Assembly: GCA_000165425.1 (NCBI GenBank) | Contig: CT868640.1 | Coordinates: 253,142-317,141 of the forward strand | Source: Paramecium tetraurelia | Lineage: Eukaryota | Direction of reading: 5' to 3' | DNA: 64,000 nt | Shown: piece by piece, positions 1-14,800 of the stretch | How positions within the stretch are numbered: position 1 is the stretch's first letter | Layout of the letters: every line of letters starts with the position of its first letter | Notes under the pieces: generated by a model | The model's input: only the letters and a program-made list of their open reading frames with translations | Told to the model about the DNA's origin: nothing | Database searches by the model: none | Position numbers and translations under genes: made by a program

Positions 1-304
1 AATAAATAGATGGTATGTATTTCATGCTTAATAAGATTATATTGTAATTTCCATAAATATTAAATTTATAAATTAATAGAAATTCTAACTAGCTTTATTT
101 TATGATACTCTAATTTTACATTTAGTTATTCAAACTTAAAATAAAATCTGATCCATAGTTATAAAAATGAAAGAGAAATTAAATGGCTACTGAATTTAGT
201 AAAGATACTTCCAAATAGATATATGCAGAATCATTTAAAAATGAATTATTATATATATAAATGAATTTTTAGATATTGTTATATTAAATATTTGAATATC
301 ATTT

Positions 305-1834
305 TCATACATTTTTATTTAATGCTAGCCCAACCCTGTTCTTTTCTCTATCAAATTTAGCAGAATATTTTGTAATAAATACATCCCCTAATATCCATAA
401 AGGACCTCTATAAACGATAAAATAATCAAATACTATTTGGGAGGTAAATCTAATGGGAAGATAGTGCCTGCACATCCAACAATCTAATCCATTGAAGAGT
501 GTTGATATGGAGATTCAACTCCAGCCTCTATATTATTGAATAAGTCACTTACAAGTAATTGTCAATATATATTCTTTGGGTTATAAAACATAGTTCTTTC
601 CATCAATAACAAACGTTATATCTGGCATATTAGGGAAATTCTAACATTTGGGTTCCACTCTAATCATTGATAATAATGTTCTGACATCTTTTGTTGGACC
701 TGTCAATAAGGTAGTTCCTGTATCTACAACCATTTTGCATTTGTGCTAATGAGAACAAATGCCAGTGTTTTTGTTGCCAACTCTGATTTCTTCTGCCATA
801 ATAGACCAATAGAATTAATCATGAACATTATGATAGATCCATTACCCTTTGATCTAAGAATCATCACTTCCTCCAAAAACGAGTTATGATCCCGAATTTC
901 CTGTTGCTCTATTTAAATGAAATGTAAAAACGTTCTAATGAAGTTTATGTTATTTCATCATATAATCAAATAAAGTTGGGACTCCTGTCATATGTGGATA
1001 CCCCAATCCAACTATGCCATCAAACTCGCCTTCATGAAATGCATCACCAATTTATTATGTTACCTCAATAAATAATGCATCTTTCAAATTTAATCCATCT
1101 ACACTAATTTACTCTCTATTAATTAATCCCTTTAAAGTACCACTTCCAAAGACAATTTCCACTTGTTTTCCAATCTCATTAAATGATTTACTTTCAGCTC
1201 TATTATATCTTTTGCTTTTCTAGCATCCAATATCTTTACACTATTCTGAAGCAATGCAAGTGAGAGCTGATCCAGTATCAAAAATTACATCAAACGTATT
1301 CTTACCTTTTGCACTTCCTACTTATAATTCACCAATAAACATAGTATTAGCAATATTTGTTAATGGTACATCAGCTACATAAGCACCACCTTATATTCTT
1401 TCAGTGGATACTAATTTCTGACCTTGATGCTCCATTTATTATTCAATCGCAAAATCAATAGGAGTTAGAGTACCTGAATTTTGAAAGACATCCATCTCTT
1501 CATGAGTTAATGGAATGACATCCATTAATGCCTCATTCACTACCATGTACTTAGGTTGTCTTTTTTTCTGTTTCCCTTCCTTCTTATTATGGTGTTTCTG
1601 ATGTTTCAATTGCTTCTTTTTAATTTACTTTTCTAAAAACACAGTTTCAAATTTCAACAATCCCTATAAATCTTATCCAATACGCTCATAGTGTTACAAT
1701 TCTAGCAATTATGCATGTGAATGTTGCAATAAATTAACTAGCTCTATCAAATGCTATTAAGTCTATTGACTTTTGAGTTCGATTGAATACTCTCGTGCAT
1801 TTCCAAAGAATACTAAAACTAGGAAAAGCAGCAT
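305..1834 (-). CDS. Pepsin-family (A1) aspartic protease, cathepsin D/E-like preproenzyme
   Basis: Code-6 translation: signal peptide [13 protein letters not shown], Lys-rich pro-region, both catalytic motifs VIFDTGSA and [30 protein letters not shown]. One ~26-nt intron near 408-433; TGA at 305-307. Confidence 0.93.
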
Positions 1835-2357
1835 GATTATATAAATTTTAAAAAAAACGATTAATATAATCTATTTTGTAGATAATTCTTTCCTAAGAGA
1901 ATATATAATTCTATATTTCATACTTTTATTTATAATTCTTAACTATTAATTAATTTTCCATAAAATCCATTTCAAAATTTAATAAAGTAAATTATACTAT
2001 CTCCTCTTTGTTAATAAAAGTTATTTGTCAATTGCAAAATACAATCCTCTACATTCTAGATAAATAAATCAAATGATAATTCATTTAAGTATTTTCAATT
2101 AGAATAAATTCATTTTATAAGTGAAAGTCAATGATTTACAATTATACCTTGATTAACCCATTCAATATGGGAATAATTAGATTTTTGATCTTGCATTCAT
2201 TATGATATAGAAAGTGTGATTTAAAAAAAATCACATTTTTCTTTGTTCCTATAAATATCGAATGTTTATTAATAGGGTATACGGGGACTTGCCTATTATA
2301 TAAATGATATTCTTGGACGCTTTTATATATTAATTATTTTTCAAATTTCAAAATTTA

Positions 2358-2934
2358 ATGAGCAAAAAACAATAAGCCCCAGTAGCATAGAAACCAGTTG
2401 GCAAATAATAGCAAGTCAATAGAAAGCCATAAGACAGGTATACTTCATTAGCTATTGATAGACCAGGATTGACAGAAGACGAAATTGAGGAAATAAAAGA
2501 AGCCTTCAACTTGTTTGATACAGAAGGCACAGGAAGAGTTGATCCCAGAGAGTTAAAAGCTGCCATGTAGAGCTTGGGATTCGATCAGAAGAATCCAACT
2601 ATCTTCAATATGATTGCTGAATTAGAAAATGAAGGAACTGATATCGATTTTGATTAATTTTTGGATGCTATTACTTCAAAATTAGGAAATAGAGAATCTA
2701 GAGATGGTATCAATAAAATATTTGATTTGTTCGATGACGATGGTAGTAACTCAATTAATTTGAATAACTTGAAAAGAGTATCATTTTAAATTAATACAAA
2801 ATTAGGTAGCCAAAGAATTGGGAGAAACCATGACAGCTGAAGAACTGGGAGAAATGTTAGAGAGAGCAGCCTCAAATGGAAGAGATATCTCAAGAGAGGA
2901 CTTCTATAACATTATGGTCAAAAGAACATTCTGA
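2358..2934 (+). CDS. Centrin (EF-hand protein), infraciliary-lattice (ICL1e-like) type
   Basis: MSKKQQAPVAQKP...[40 protein letters not shown]...[35 protein letters not shown]...[10 protein letters not shown]. Introns 2438-2461 and 2778-2805. The subfamily assignment is from recall and less certain than the centrin call. Confidence 0.93.
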
Positions 2935-2971
2935 TATAATTCATTTTAGCAGTTAATTATTTTAATAAATA

Positions 2972-3591
2972 ATGTAATTCCTTGCAAAATACAACACTCT
3001 TCTACAGTAATCCCCTCTCTTGACAAAATCAGTGACCGGAGGTATGTCATATCAATCAAATACCATAGGCTTTATGTTTTTTGCAGGAGATGCAGTCGTC
3101 TAGGCTATGGAAGCATAAATTGCTAAGAAGAATTAATAGGCCCATTAATATGACTTCAGAAGGTTGGGGATAGCTTGGCTTATGGGAAATGTATTCATGA
3201 TGCCTCTATTTCACTATAATTTCACTTATGCTTTGCCATGGTTAGTGAAAAGGTATTACATATGGATTTTCTATAATGTAGATTGCCTTTTGATACTTCA
3301 ACGCCATTTAGAGCAGCAGTGGGATCTGTTCTTATTGATTAATCAGTGTGGGCATGCTACATATTGTGCCATTACTTGATGATAATTAATGTATTAGAGA
3401 GCGGTTCTGTGTAGAAAGGAGTTGATGCAATCAAGAATAATTTTGTAAAGGCCATGATAACCAATTGGTAAATTTGGCCTGCTGCTTAGATTATTAATTT
3501 TTGGTTGATCCCCAGACATTACCAAGTCTTATGGGTCAATTTCGTAGGATTCTTTTGGAATATTTATTTAAGCTACATTTCACATAATTGA
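2972..3591 (+). CDS. Mpv17/PMP22 family membrane protein
   Basis: PLLTKSVTGG..FFAGDAVVQ, YDFRR, VLIDQ, NWQIWPAAQIINFWLIPRHYQVLWVNFVGFFWNIYLSY; two short introns. Confidence 0.9.
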
Positions 3592-3624
3592 AATTGTTAT
3601 ACAATATAAATGTTCATAGAATAA

Positions 3625-6177
3625 TCATTATAAGTTTTCATTACTATAGTTTTATAATAATTTTTGATCCTGCTCATTTTCTAACCCATTTTGTATTTCT
3701 TCAATTTTATAATTCTATTCAATATCTGGATTTATCTTCTCTTCATCAATTTTATTATCAATCTTTGAAAACAGTTTTTTATTGATCCTTTTATTTTGTT
3801 GTTATTTATTCCAAGGGTTATTTATTATTTTATTGGGATTTCAAAGCGAATAAATCGATAGAAGGGGTCGCTTTTGGCTTTTTTGGTTTGTTTTATTTTT
3901 CTTAAGCATTATTGCTAAAATTCATTTTAGCTTTTGGAATTTACACAGTTTTTGTGTTATTTACTTGTTAGGTTGCAAGAGTCTGTAAAATTGTTCCATG
4001 ATTCTAATCTTTTAATTGTTAAACATTAAAAAATTAAGGAATATATTAGGCTTTGTAGTTTTCGAAGAATAGTGGGTCAACTGAAGAGTATTTAATGTAG
4101 ACTATTCCATTTTGAACCTAAGTGTTATTTGCAATACACTTATTATTTAACAATTCCTCAGGATCCTCAACCTCATCTTATGATAGATGATTGTCATCTA
4201 CTAGAAAACTATCCTTCTATTCACTCTCCTCACTTTGGTCTTCATCAGAGTCATTCATATCTGAAAGGTTTTCTGCTAAGATTTCCTCAACTTCATCTAA
4301 AGAGTCCTTGTCATAATCGATTTAATCATCTAAATATTCTTTATTTAAACATACCTAATAAGAAAGGAGCCCTTGGTCTTATAAATTGACTTAATTAAAC
4401 AAATTAATGTCCATTGAATTCTTTATCTGAATCTGCAATAAAAATATGTATTTTTCTAATTTTAACCTATTGCAAAGGTTTATTCTCTTATATTTCAATC
4501 TCATCAGTATTATAATCATTTAAAGATACCGATATTTTTTCTTCTTTTAACTACATATTGCCCATTTTTTCGATCAAAGCTTCAAATTACTCCATTTTGT
4601 AAGGTGTTAATTATTTTGGTTAATATTCATCTTATTTTTGGACTAATTGTTATTTTTTCTCTGGAAAGAAATGTTTAAGATTTTTTGCTATTGTTTAAGG
4701 TTATTATTATTATTACTATTGCGAAGATTAACGAATTTATTAAAGTTCAATTGAATCTTATTATTATTAAGAATCTCTTTCTACTCCTTATTAATTGTTA
4801 TCTTTTGGAGCAGTGAGAGTTTCAAATTAAGTTGATATTTCTGGTTTTATAGCTTAATTTGTAATATCTGGCATTTCTGGTTTCTTGAATTTAAATTTGT
4901 CAAGTGTTCCTTTGATAACCTTCTCTTATTTTTATTATTCTTTCTCTTTCTTTTTATTTGATTTATTTTCACTCACTTTTTTTTCTGTTGCTTCATTTGA
5001 TTCTGCTTAATAGTTTACTTATTAATTAATTTAGTCATTTTCATTACTTTAATTATTTTCAATTTATTCCAGATTTTATGGTTTTTACTTTTATTTTTAT
5101 TGCGTTGCTGGAGTTTTCACCTTAATTTCTGTTTTCTACAAAAATTTAATAGGTGTATTTTTAAATTCTAAAATTTTTGAATCTTAAGAATTGTATTATT
5201 TTATAATATCATCCTCATCCTCTTTTTTTTTAATAACATTTATTTTCTCTTTAAGTTTCCTTAGTTGATCTACCTTGTTATTTAAAGTAGCCAAATACTC
5301 TCTTATTAATCTTACATTTTTTAACTCATTTAAATCGCATACTTTTTTTAAGTCATCAATTTGTTTCGTTTTCAATACTACTAATGTGACATTCAATTTG
5401 GATTCTTCAATATAATTAGGCAGATTATTGCCGATTAGAGTTTGCAAGGCTTAAAAATCAAATTGTGAGGCATGCTGGATTTATTCATTTAATTCAGCTT
5501 TAATTTCTAAGAAAGATTTAATCTATTCATCCCATTTTTCTGAAGTCCAATTTATAATAATGTTCTTTTATTAAATTAATTCTTCAATTTTATTTTTAAT
5601 CTATAGATTAATCTCATTTCTATTTTTGCAACACATAGCCTCTCCAATAAGTCTCACAAGCATTTTCAGATAATATTCCTTACCTGCTTCATCCTTTTAA
5701 TCATAATCCTTTAATTGATCAAAAATCTTTTATTCATCCAAAACCAAGCTTGGATACCCTAATGAATTTAAGCTAATCTAAAACTACTCCCATTTTGCTA
5801 TTTTTGTACAGATATCCTCCATTTCTTAGCTTATTTTGTATTTTTTAGGTTTTTTTTTTTCGACAATTTTTTAAGGAGATGGATCTCGATAAACGTATGC
5901 TTATTAAGGTGGTTTTCTCTGTCTCTTTTGAGTAAGAATTATTGCTGGTTATGTTTGAATGTTATTTTGTTTTCTTTTTCCTAGAATAGATATTTGTAAT
6001 TCTTACTCTAATTTTATTAATTGGAATTATTATCCTCAATATCCATAGCTTCAGTTTGGTTCTAATTGGCTTCATCATTTGTTTATTTATCTATCTTTAC
6101 AGGAGTATCCTTTTAATTTTGATCTACATTCAATTCAAGATTTTACCTTCTGAGCAGGGAGGAACTTCGGTTTGCAT
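3625..6177 (-). CDS. Putative chromatin assembly factor 1 large subunit (CAF-1 p150/Cac1-like)
   Basis: Long code-6 frame with two short introns. K/E-rich stretch, PIP-like AKNLKHFF, then IRPRAPFLLDDQIDYDKDSLDEVEEILAENLSD...DSFLVDDNHLSQDE, which resembles the CAF1A domain and acidic ED region. The frame stays open upstream to ~6420, so the start is uncertain. Confidence 0.6.
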
Positions 6178-6746
6178 TTTTTAATTTTATTTCTGAAATT
6201 AGCGGGAAAAAAATGCAGTTTAACATTGTACTATTATAGGAATCCTATATCTTTCTAACCTAAGTTCTTTATTTTAAGAATAATTTTACAATCTCATTAG
6301 ATGTTGTATACAATAATCACTGCTGTCATTTTAACCAAGATAACTCGTTACTCTAAAGCTTATCTTCTAGTGTTCATGCACAGATGTAGAGTTTTAGATG
6401 ATCTCAATGGTTGTAGTAAAATTAAAAAATCCATTAATCTATTAGACAATTATTTTATATTCACACTTATTCTACTGATGGATCCATTGCTGAAGGAACC
6501 AATAATATAATCAGGATTTTATAAATATGAATTAATGTATTTTAAAATTATAATTTGATAAAAAGTAGATCTCAAGGTTCTTTTTCATTTTATTTTGAAA
6601 TAGACATTTTAATTCAATAATAATAGGTTATACTGACTCACTATATTATTTATTAACGATTTCAGGTTAAGATTTAATATTTGACATATTACTAATTCAT
6701 TAAATATTAATCATTAGTTTCTATTTAATTCAATTTATTTAACTAA

Positions 6747-7891
<1,145 letters not shown>

Positions 7892-8853
7892 GACAGTTAA
7901 TAAAATTAATATATATTATACAAATATGTATATTATCACACTAAGTTATTATATTTCAATAAAAGTTATTCATATGTCTTTGAATAATCAAATATATGAT
8001 TGAATTATTATAGTTATTAATGTTGAAATCAAATTTAATCATGTCAAATATTGGTCAAATAACTAAATTAACCATTCTTATATGCAATAAGAATAATGTA
8101 ATAATACTTAATTCTAATCGAAATTAACATAATAAAATAATTGACTCTATAAAAGTGTTCTCTACATAAATAAATCACCATGTTTCAATAGTAAATCCGT
8201 TAAATCATTACAAAAGTAATCCATTTTTGATTTCCAATATTTAAAATGATTAAGAATTTAATTTTACTGCATAGATCTTTATAAGAGGATAATAGATTCT
8301 TTTAGATTAAATTTATGAAAATAATTCATTTTTAAGGACTATTTCTTTATTTTGATCTTTAAAAAGGATAAAATTTTTTTAGAAATAGAATTTTACTTTT
8401 CATAAGGTCCAATTATTTAAATAGAATTAGTTAATTAACAATTTTAAGTCTATATGTTACATAAACTTTGTTAAATCGCTAATTATAATAAATCATAAAG
8501 TCTTCTTTAAATGAGAATATTCTTAAACGATTTTTATTTCAGTATTTATCCTTGTAGTACATTATTTTGAATAATTGAAATGAAACCTGATTTGAATTTG
8601 GATATAAATACAAAATACTGTGTGTATTAATATATTTTTGGATCTTATACCTTAATTTTGAATCTTAATGACATTTTAATCTAAATTTCAATAATTATTG
8701 TGTGATTCATTTATTTTAATATAATTGGACTAATTTTAGATAATTGATATTTCAATATCTATTGAGTGTTTACAAATAAGGAGGGTTTGATTAAATCATT
8801 AATATTGTATATAAGTGTTTGATAAATTGTTATATTTAGAAATATAATTAAAA

Positions 8854-11800
8854 ATGAGTAATATTAATCGTGAGCAGTGCGTATCTAAACTTTAAGGACA
8901 TTTGAAAGGGGCCACAGCCACTATCCAAGGTAATAAAAGTTAAGAAATAAACTAGAGATCGAAGAACTGTTGATGAATTAAGAGCATATTATTTGGTAAT
9001 AAGCCAGGGAGATAGAAGAACTTCGTAGAAGATTGAAGCAATTGGAAAGTTTGGATTTTCAAAACGAATAAGTGCTTCATTTGTAGAACATCAATGTTCA
9101 ACTCAAGACGTAAATTGAGTTTTTGAGGAGTTAAATTCAAGAGAAAGATGCAATGATTGCTTAATTAACATCTAAGCCAGTATAAGCAGCATCACCTGAA
9201 ATACTCGCTGCATAGCAACAATTAATTCAATAAAACTTACAGCTACAAAATATTATAGGGGATCTTCAGAATTAAATTTTGAATAAAGATGCTGTCATCG
9301 GTTAACTAAAAACTCAGGAAAGCACTTTGGATTAGTTGATTGGGCAACTTTAATCGAATATCTAATCGAAACGAAATAAAGTAGGAGTAACTCAACAAGG
9401 AAATGAAACATTGAGTGTACTGAATGAATTGCAATAATATCCAGAAGCTTTGCAAGATGTGATTGAAAGAATCATCCAAGAATATAGAAGAATGCAATTT
9501 CTGATAGAGGAGAAAGATATCGAAATTTAAAATTTGAAATCTCGTCTTTAACTCTAACAGCAAAAAGCAAATGACTCCATTTCTGAAATTAAAAAAAGAG
9601 ACATATCTCCCATTCGATCAGATCAAGCCTTGGACTTAGCAAAGCAAACAGCTTCGATGGATGACATGATAAATGACTTGGAGAGAAAGTTGATGTCATA
9701 AGACAATAGGAAGAAAGAATTATAAGCAAAATTATTGGAAGTGGGAACTCAAAATGTGGAGTTGGAAAAATAATGGTCCTAATCAAAAGATCAACTACCA
9801 AAGAGTGTGGATGAATTAGTTAAACAAAATTTAGATGTCAATGACAAAATCAAAGAACTTTAAAAGTCGTTGCTATCAAAATAAAATGAGTTAGATCAAG
9901 TTCAAAAATAAATTAATACTATTAATGACAACTAATAATAATTATAACCATAACAAAATTTAAATAAACAAGAGGATTAAGTTGATAAAGTAAATACTAG
10001 TTAAAATAGAAACAATGTAGATGATTTGGTTCTAGAAAATTAATAATTGGAAGACTTGATTGTAGAATTGTAATAGAAATTAGTCGACAAGCAAGCTTAA
10101 AAAGAAGATATTGAGAATGAGATTAAGAAGTTGAATATCTCAGCTTTGTAGTAAAACTTGAAGGATTTATAGAAGTAGCATGGTCTATTGGATAATGATA
10201 ATAAAAACTAGAAAACTTAAATTTAATAATTGCAAGAAGAAATTAATTAAAATAAAGAAATATAATAAAAACTATCTCAAGAAAATAAAGAATTACAAGA
10301 CCAAAATAATCAAACTTAATCATAGATTAAATAGTAAGAAGAGAAGTTAGCTTAATTGCAGGATCAGAAGAATAAAAATCTGGCTAAATTAACTAATGAT
10401 GATCTCTTAAAGCTATAAGAAAAATTTAATTAGACAGAAGAGAATAATAAAATCTTAGAACAATTAGTTTAATAACTTAATGAAGAATTAAGAAAATAAT
10501 AGTAAGATAATCAACCCTTAGAGGAGGAATTATCTAATATCAAAAACAAATTGCAAAAAACTGAGTAAGAAAATTCAGATTTGGAATAACAAGTCTAACA
10601 ACTCGAAGATTAGTTAAACAACTTTAAGAAGTAATAATTGTAGACCAAGGAATCTGCAAAACCTAGTTATAGTAAATCAGCTGAGTAATAAAGGACAACT
10701 CCCGTTGAAAAATTTAGGGAGCCCTTCTAAAACATAGTGGATAAGGAAGAATTTTCATTTGATTTAGGAAGTTTAAATTAATAAGACTTTTCATCATAAG
10801 AAGTCACAAGCTCACCTGAAAATATTAAATAATCATAATTTGCTAAGAATAAGACCCAAGAAGGTAAGTTTATTACTATTCCTTTGGATATCATTAAGAA
10901 TTATGAGTACTTGATTAGAGAAAAGGAAAATGAGATTGATGAACTCAAGAATGAACTTGCCAATCAAGGACTTTAGAGCATACCTCTTAATTTCTAAACT
11001 GGAAACATGGGATCTGATTAATAAGAAAATGCTAACTTTTAATTAGAAGCTACAGCACCAAATCAGAATAATGAACAGAATCCAGAAGATTAAGGGGTCA
11101 CTCTTGAATAGTTGTAGAAGACAATTAAGACAAAAGATGACTACATTCAGATGTTATTAGATTAGATTGAAGAGATGAAACAATTTGGTTCTTTGCCTGA
11201 AGAGCAACAGAAGCAAAAATTGGAAGGAAATCAAAAGAGATCTGATGACCTTGTTAGGTAGAATATAGAAATTGCAGACATAATAATTGATTTAGAGAGT
11301 AAGTTAGCTAATAGAAAGATAGAGAATGAAGAGTTAAAGAAATAATTGTAAGAAGCTAATAAAGATTACAATGATCAATAAAAGAGGGCTAAAATGTATG
11401 AACTTTATATGTTGAACAAGGATTTAGATGAAGAGGTTTCCTTATCTCCAAAATTATAAGAGGAAGATCTTTAGAATGAATAATTAGAATAGTTGAATTA
11501 ATAAGCTCCAGAATTAGAGTAACCTGAAGATCCATAGAAGCAAGCTAAGAAGTTAACTATCAAGGATAAATACGAAAAAAAGATAAAGGATCTTAAAAAG
11601 GAAAATAGAAACCTAATTGCTTAATTAAAATAATTAAGAGGAGCATAATAATAGGATCAAAGTAATAGACCTTAATAAGAAGATGATGCTAAATTAAAAT
11701 AATCCAATCCATCAGTTTAAAATGATAATGAACATCCTGAATAAGTTTAACAGTAACAATAGCCTAAACCTATTGATATATAGAAGAACACTCAAGATCT

Positions 11801-14800
11801 TCAATAACAGTATGAGAAAGGTTTGGAGAAGTAGGTAGACTTGATTTAAGAAGTTTAATCACTTTAGGATATTATAGAGAATCTTGAACAAAAGGTTTAA
11901 TAAAAGAAAGAAGCAAAGGAATAATTGGAAGCTTAACTGTGTGCCTTAGACAAGAAGAATGAATCATCGCAATAGGATCCATAACTTTAGGAATCTGCAA
12001 CGATGGCAAGCACCTCAAAATTGGATTAGGAAGCCTTGTAAAGATAGTATGATTAGGAAGTGTAGATTTCAAGATTGAAAGACTAGTTGGCAGATAAATA
12101 GAATAAGCTTGAATAGATGGAAATTTTGAAAGAATAATTGAAAGAGAAGGAAGATGAACTTAAAGCTTATAAGGAATAGATACCTTCAATATAAGAATAT
12201 TAAAATCAATAGTTCCTTCATTAATAGGAGGAATTAGTGAATACAGAATTGCGTAAGGATGTATAAAGATTAGAGGATCAGTTAGATAACTAACTCAAAC
12301 TAAATAAAGAGTTGTAGTAAAGAATGGATAATTAGCACGAGTCGGCAGCTCTTTTGTCTCAAAAAATAAAATTATCTATTCATGATTCTAATTCTTCTAG
12401 TTCTTAGATAATAGACAATAGACAGAGACTTGTGGAGAAATAATAGAAGGCAGATGAATTAGTGAGAGAACATTTAAGTTTAGATGATTTAATTGAAGAT
12501 TTGGAAAAGAAACTAGTAGAAAAGAATGATTATAAAGATTAATTGCTTAACTAATTAAAAGAAGGAACAAAACCGGCCGTGTAATCTGAGGCAAATGAAC
12601 AACCGAAAGTAGAATAGCCAAATTAAGTATTCGCAAAATAATAGAATTAAGAGTAATTTGTTGAGCCAATCTAAGAAATTAGTGATGTTTAATAAGTTAT
12701 CAGTAATAATGAGGATTAGATTTCTATTCCTCTCTAAGCAGGATAGATTTTATAATAATTGGAGGGAGATAGTTAAAAACAAGACATCAAGGAACCAAAT
12801 CCTTCTTAAGAATTATCCAATCAACTTCATCCTACCAAATCATAGCCAGTTTTTGCTCAAATAAATTAAGATGCCGAGCCTAAGCTGTAATAAGTCAAAT
12901 CTAGTTAAGGGTTTACTTCCCCTTAGGATTTATTCAATAAAGAGGGAATAGATGGGTAAAGGTTGCAAGAGGTTTGGGATTTGTTAAAGAATAATAATGA
13001 TGCAGACAGAAGAATATAAGAATTGAGAGATGCATTATAAAGGAAAAACAAGAGAAAAGAATAGTTGGAGGGTGTTTATAATAAAGATTAAGAATTAGTA
13101 AGTTAGAGAGTGTCAGATAGTGTTAATGAGAAAAAGTAATTATAAGATTAGTTGCATTAAAAGAATTTATAGATTGCTGCTTTGAATGATGAATTGTCAA
13201 AATTACAGCAGAAGGTATTTGAGAAAGAGAAGGTCATTGATGAGAAGGACAGAGAGTTTAGAAATAGTTAATTAATCAAAACTTACTAAGATAACTGTAA
13301 TAAGGCTGATGAATTAATCAGTAAGAATAATTAGATAGAAGAGACTTTGAATAATTTAGAAGTAAGGTTGGCTGAGAAATAATAAAGAGTAAAGGAACTT
13401 GAGTTATAGATAGGAGCTGATTCTAGTATTTCAAATATCTAGGACCCAAGAGAAAGTGGTATGATTAAATCCTATGATTAAGAGCAAGATACTCAATTGC
13501 AACAATAGGAGTAAGTACTTTAGGGGTACAGCATGAATATCGATCAATTAAAAAATAAGATTGAATAATTAAACAGTGAATTAGCTGAAAGAGATAAGAC
13601 CAATTTGGAATTAAGAAATTAAGTAGCTGACTTAAAGAAATAGATTCATGGTTATTAATTGGCTTAATAGGATGTCAAAGTAATCAAGAAGTAAAATAAG
13701 CAATTGCAGGATGAGATTTCAGCGTTGGTTTAAGATAATCTAAATTATGAAGATTTGATTCGAGATTCTGAGTTTAAGTTGTAAGAAAAGAAGTCAAGGG
13801 TCAAGGAATTAGATATGGAAATTAAGAATGCAGAAATCCAGATCTAAGTGGAAAAATAGATGAAAGAGAATCAGTTACTTCAATAAAAGATTCAGCAGAC
13901 TGACGAGCTGATTAAGAAGAATTTAGAGTTGGATGAAGCTTTGACAAATTTGGAATTGAGGATATTAGATAAATAATAATAGTTATCATAAAAGGAGGCA
14001 AGATTATCTAATTAGAATTCAAGAATTTTGTAATAGCCAATGTATATTTACTAAGAAGATTCTGATGACAAGGCTAGCAATATCAGAACAGAAACATCTC
14101 CAAGGGCATAAAATTAACATCCTTTGATCTAAGAGCATAATAACAATCTGAGTGAATTGACTAGTTCTATTAATCAAATGTAAGAGTAGGTGAGATAGTT
14201 GAGTCTAGATGATAGCGAACTTGATTTCTATTTATAATAGAAGAAAGAGAAGCAATTGGAAATAGATTCATTAAAATAATAATTGTTCTAATAGAATGAA
14301 GTAATGTAAGATCTGAAGTAAGAGTAAATAGAAAAGCAGCAATAGATTGATTAACTTAAGAAAGAGAATTCGAATTTCGATGAATTAGTGGAGGAATTAC
14401 AATAAAGTCAGAAGCAAATGATTGAGTAGGAAATTCAGAAGAAGGAATCCAATCAGCCTTAAGAGATTGGTGGCTCTGAATAGAGTGAGATAATAAAAAC
14501 GAAATCAGAGAATTTGGAATTGAGTAAGAAACTTCATGATTTGAAGTAGTCTTAGAAGTAATTGAAGAATCAAATTGCTAATTATGACTATTTGATTTTA
14601 GATCTTGAAACAGTTGTTGCAGATAAGAAGAATGACATTTAGAGATTGAATAAGGAAAACTAATCATATTAACAATAGAACAGAAAGTAGAAAGGAAGAA
14701 GGGATTTATTACACAAGGAATAAAACAATTTGCAATATCAACTTAAATTGCTAGAACCACAACTCTAAGAACTTTAATAAACTGAGAAGTAGTTGTAAGA

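Noticed and set aside
2210..2308. Two small hairpins upstream of centrin (TGTGATTT/AAATCACA; TAATAGG/CCTATTA) as a possible H/ACA RNA
   Set aside because: Short, AT-rich stems with no convincing H box or ACA tail; expected by chance.
2348..2566. Listed minus-strand [17 protein letters not shown]...
   Set aside because: It is the antisense shadow of the centrin gene. Many other listed ORFs (e.g. 6788, 23984, 41838, 55817, 60045) are likewise antisense or off-frame shadows of code-6 genes.
4700..4720. (TAA)n/(TTA)n and TA runs as microsatellites or array spacers
   Set aside because: These are poly-Gln codons in code 6 or ordinary AT-rich UTR sequence; no CRISPR-like or telomeric repeats were seen.
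6178..6610. Open frame upstream of, and in frame with, the CAF1-like ATG
   Set aside because: With a single stop codon, ~80 open codons are common. I could not build a coherent spliced start, so it is not called as a gene or extension.
7900..8850. ~950-bp very AT-rich gap: retained IES or mobile element?
   Set aside because: No terminal inverted repeats or interrupted gene to define TA boundaries. More likely a divergent promoter plus a fully decayed gene.
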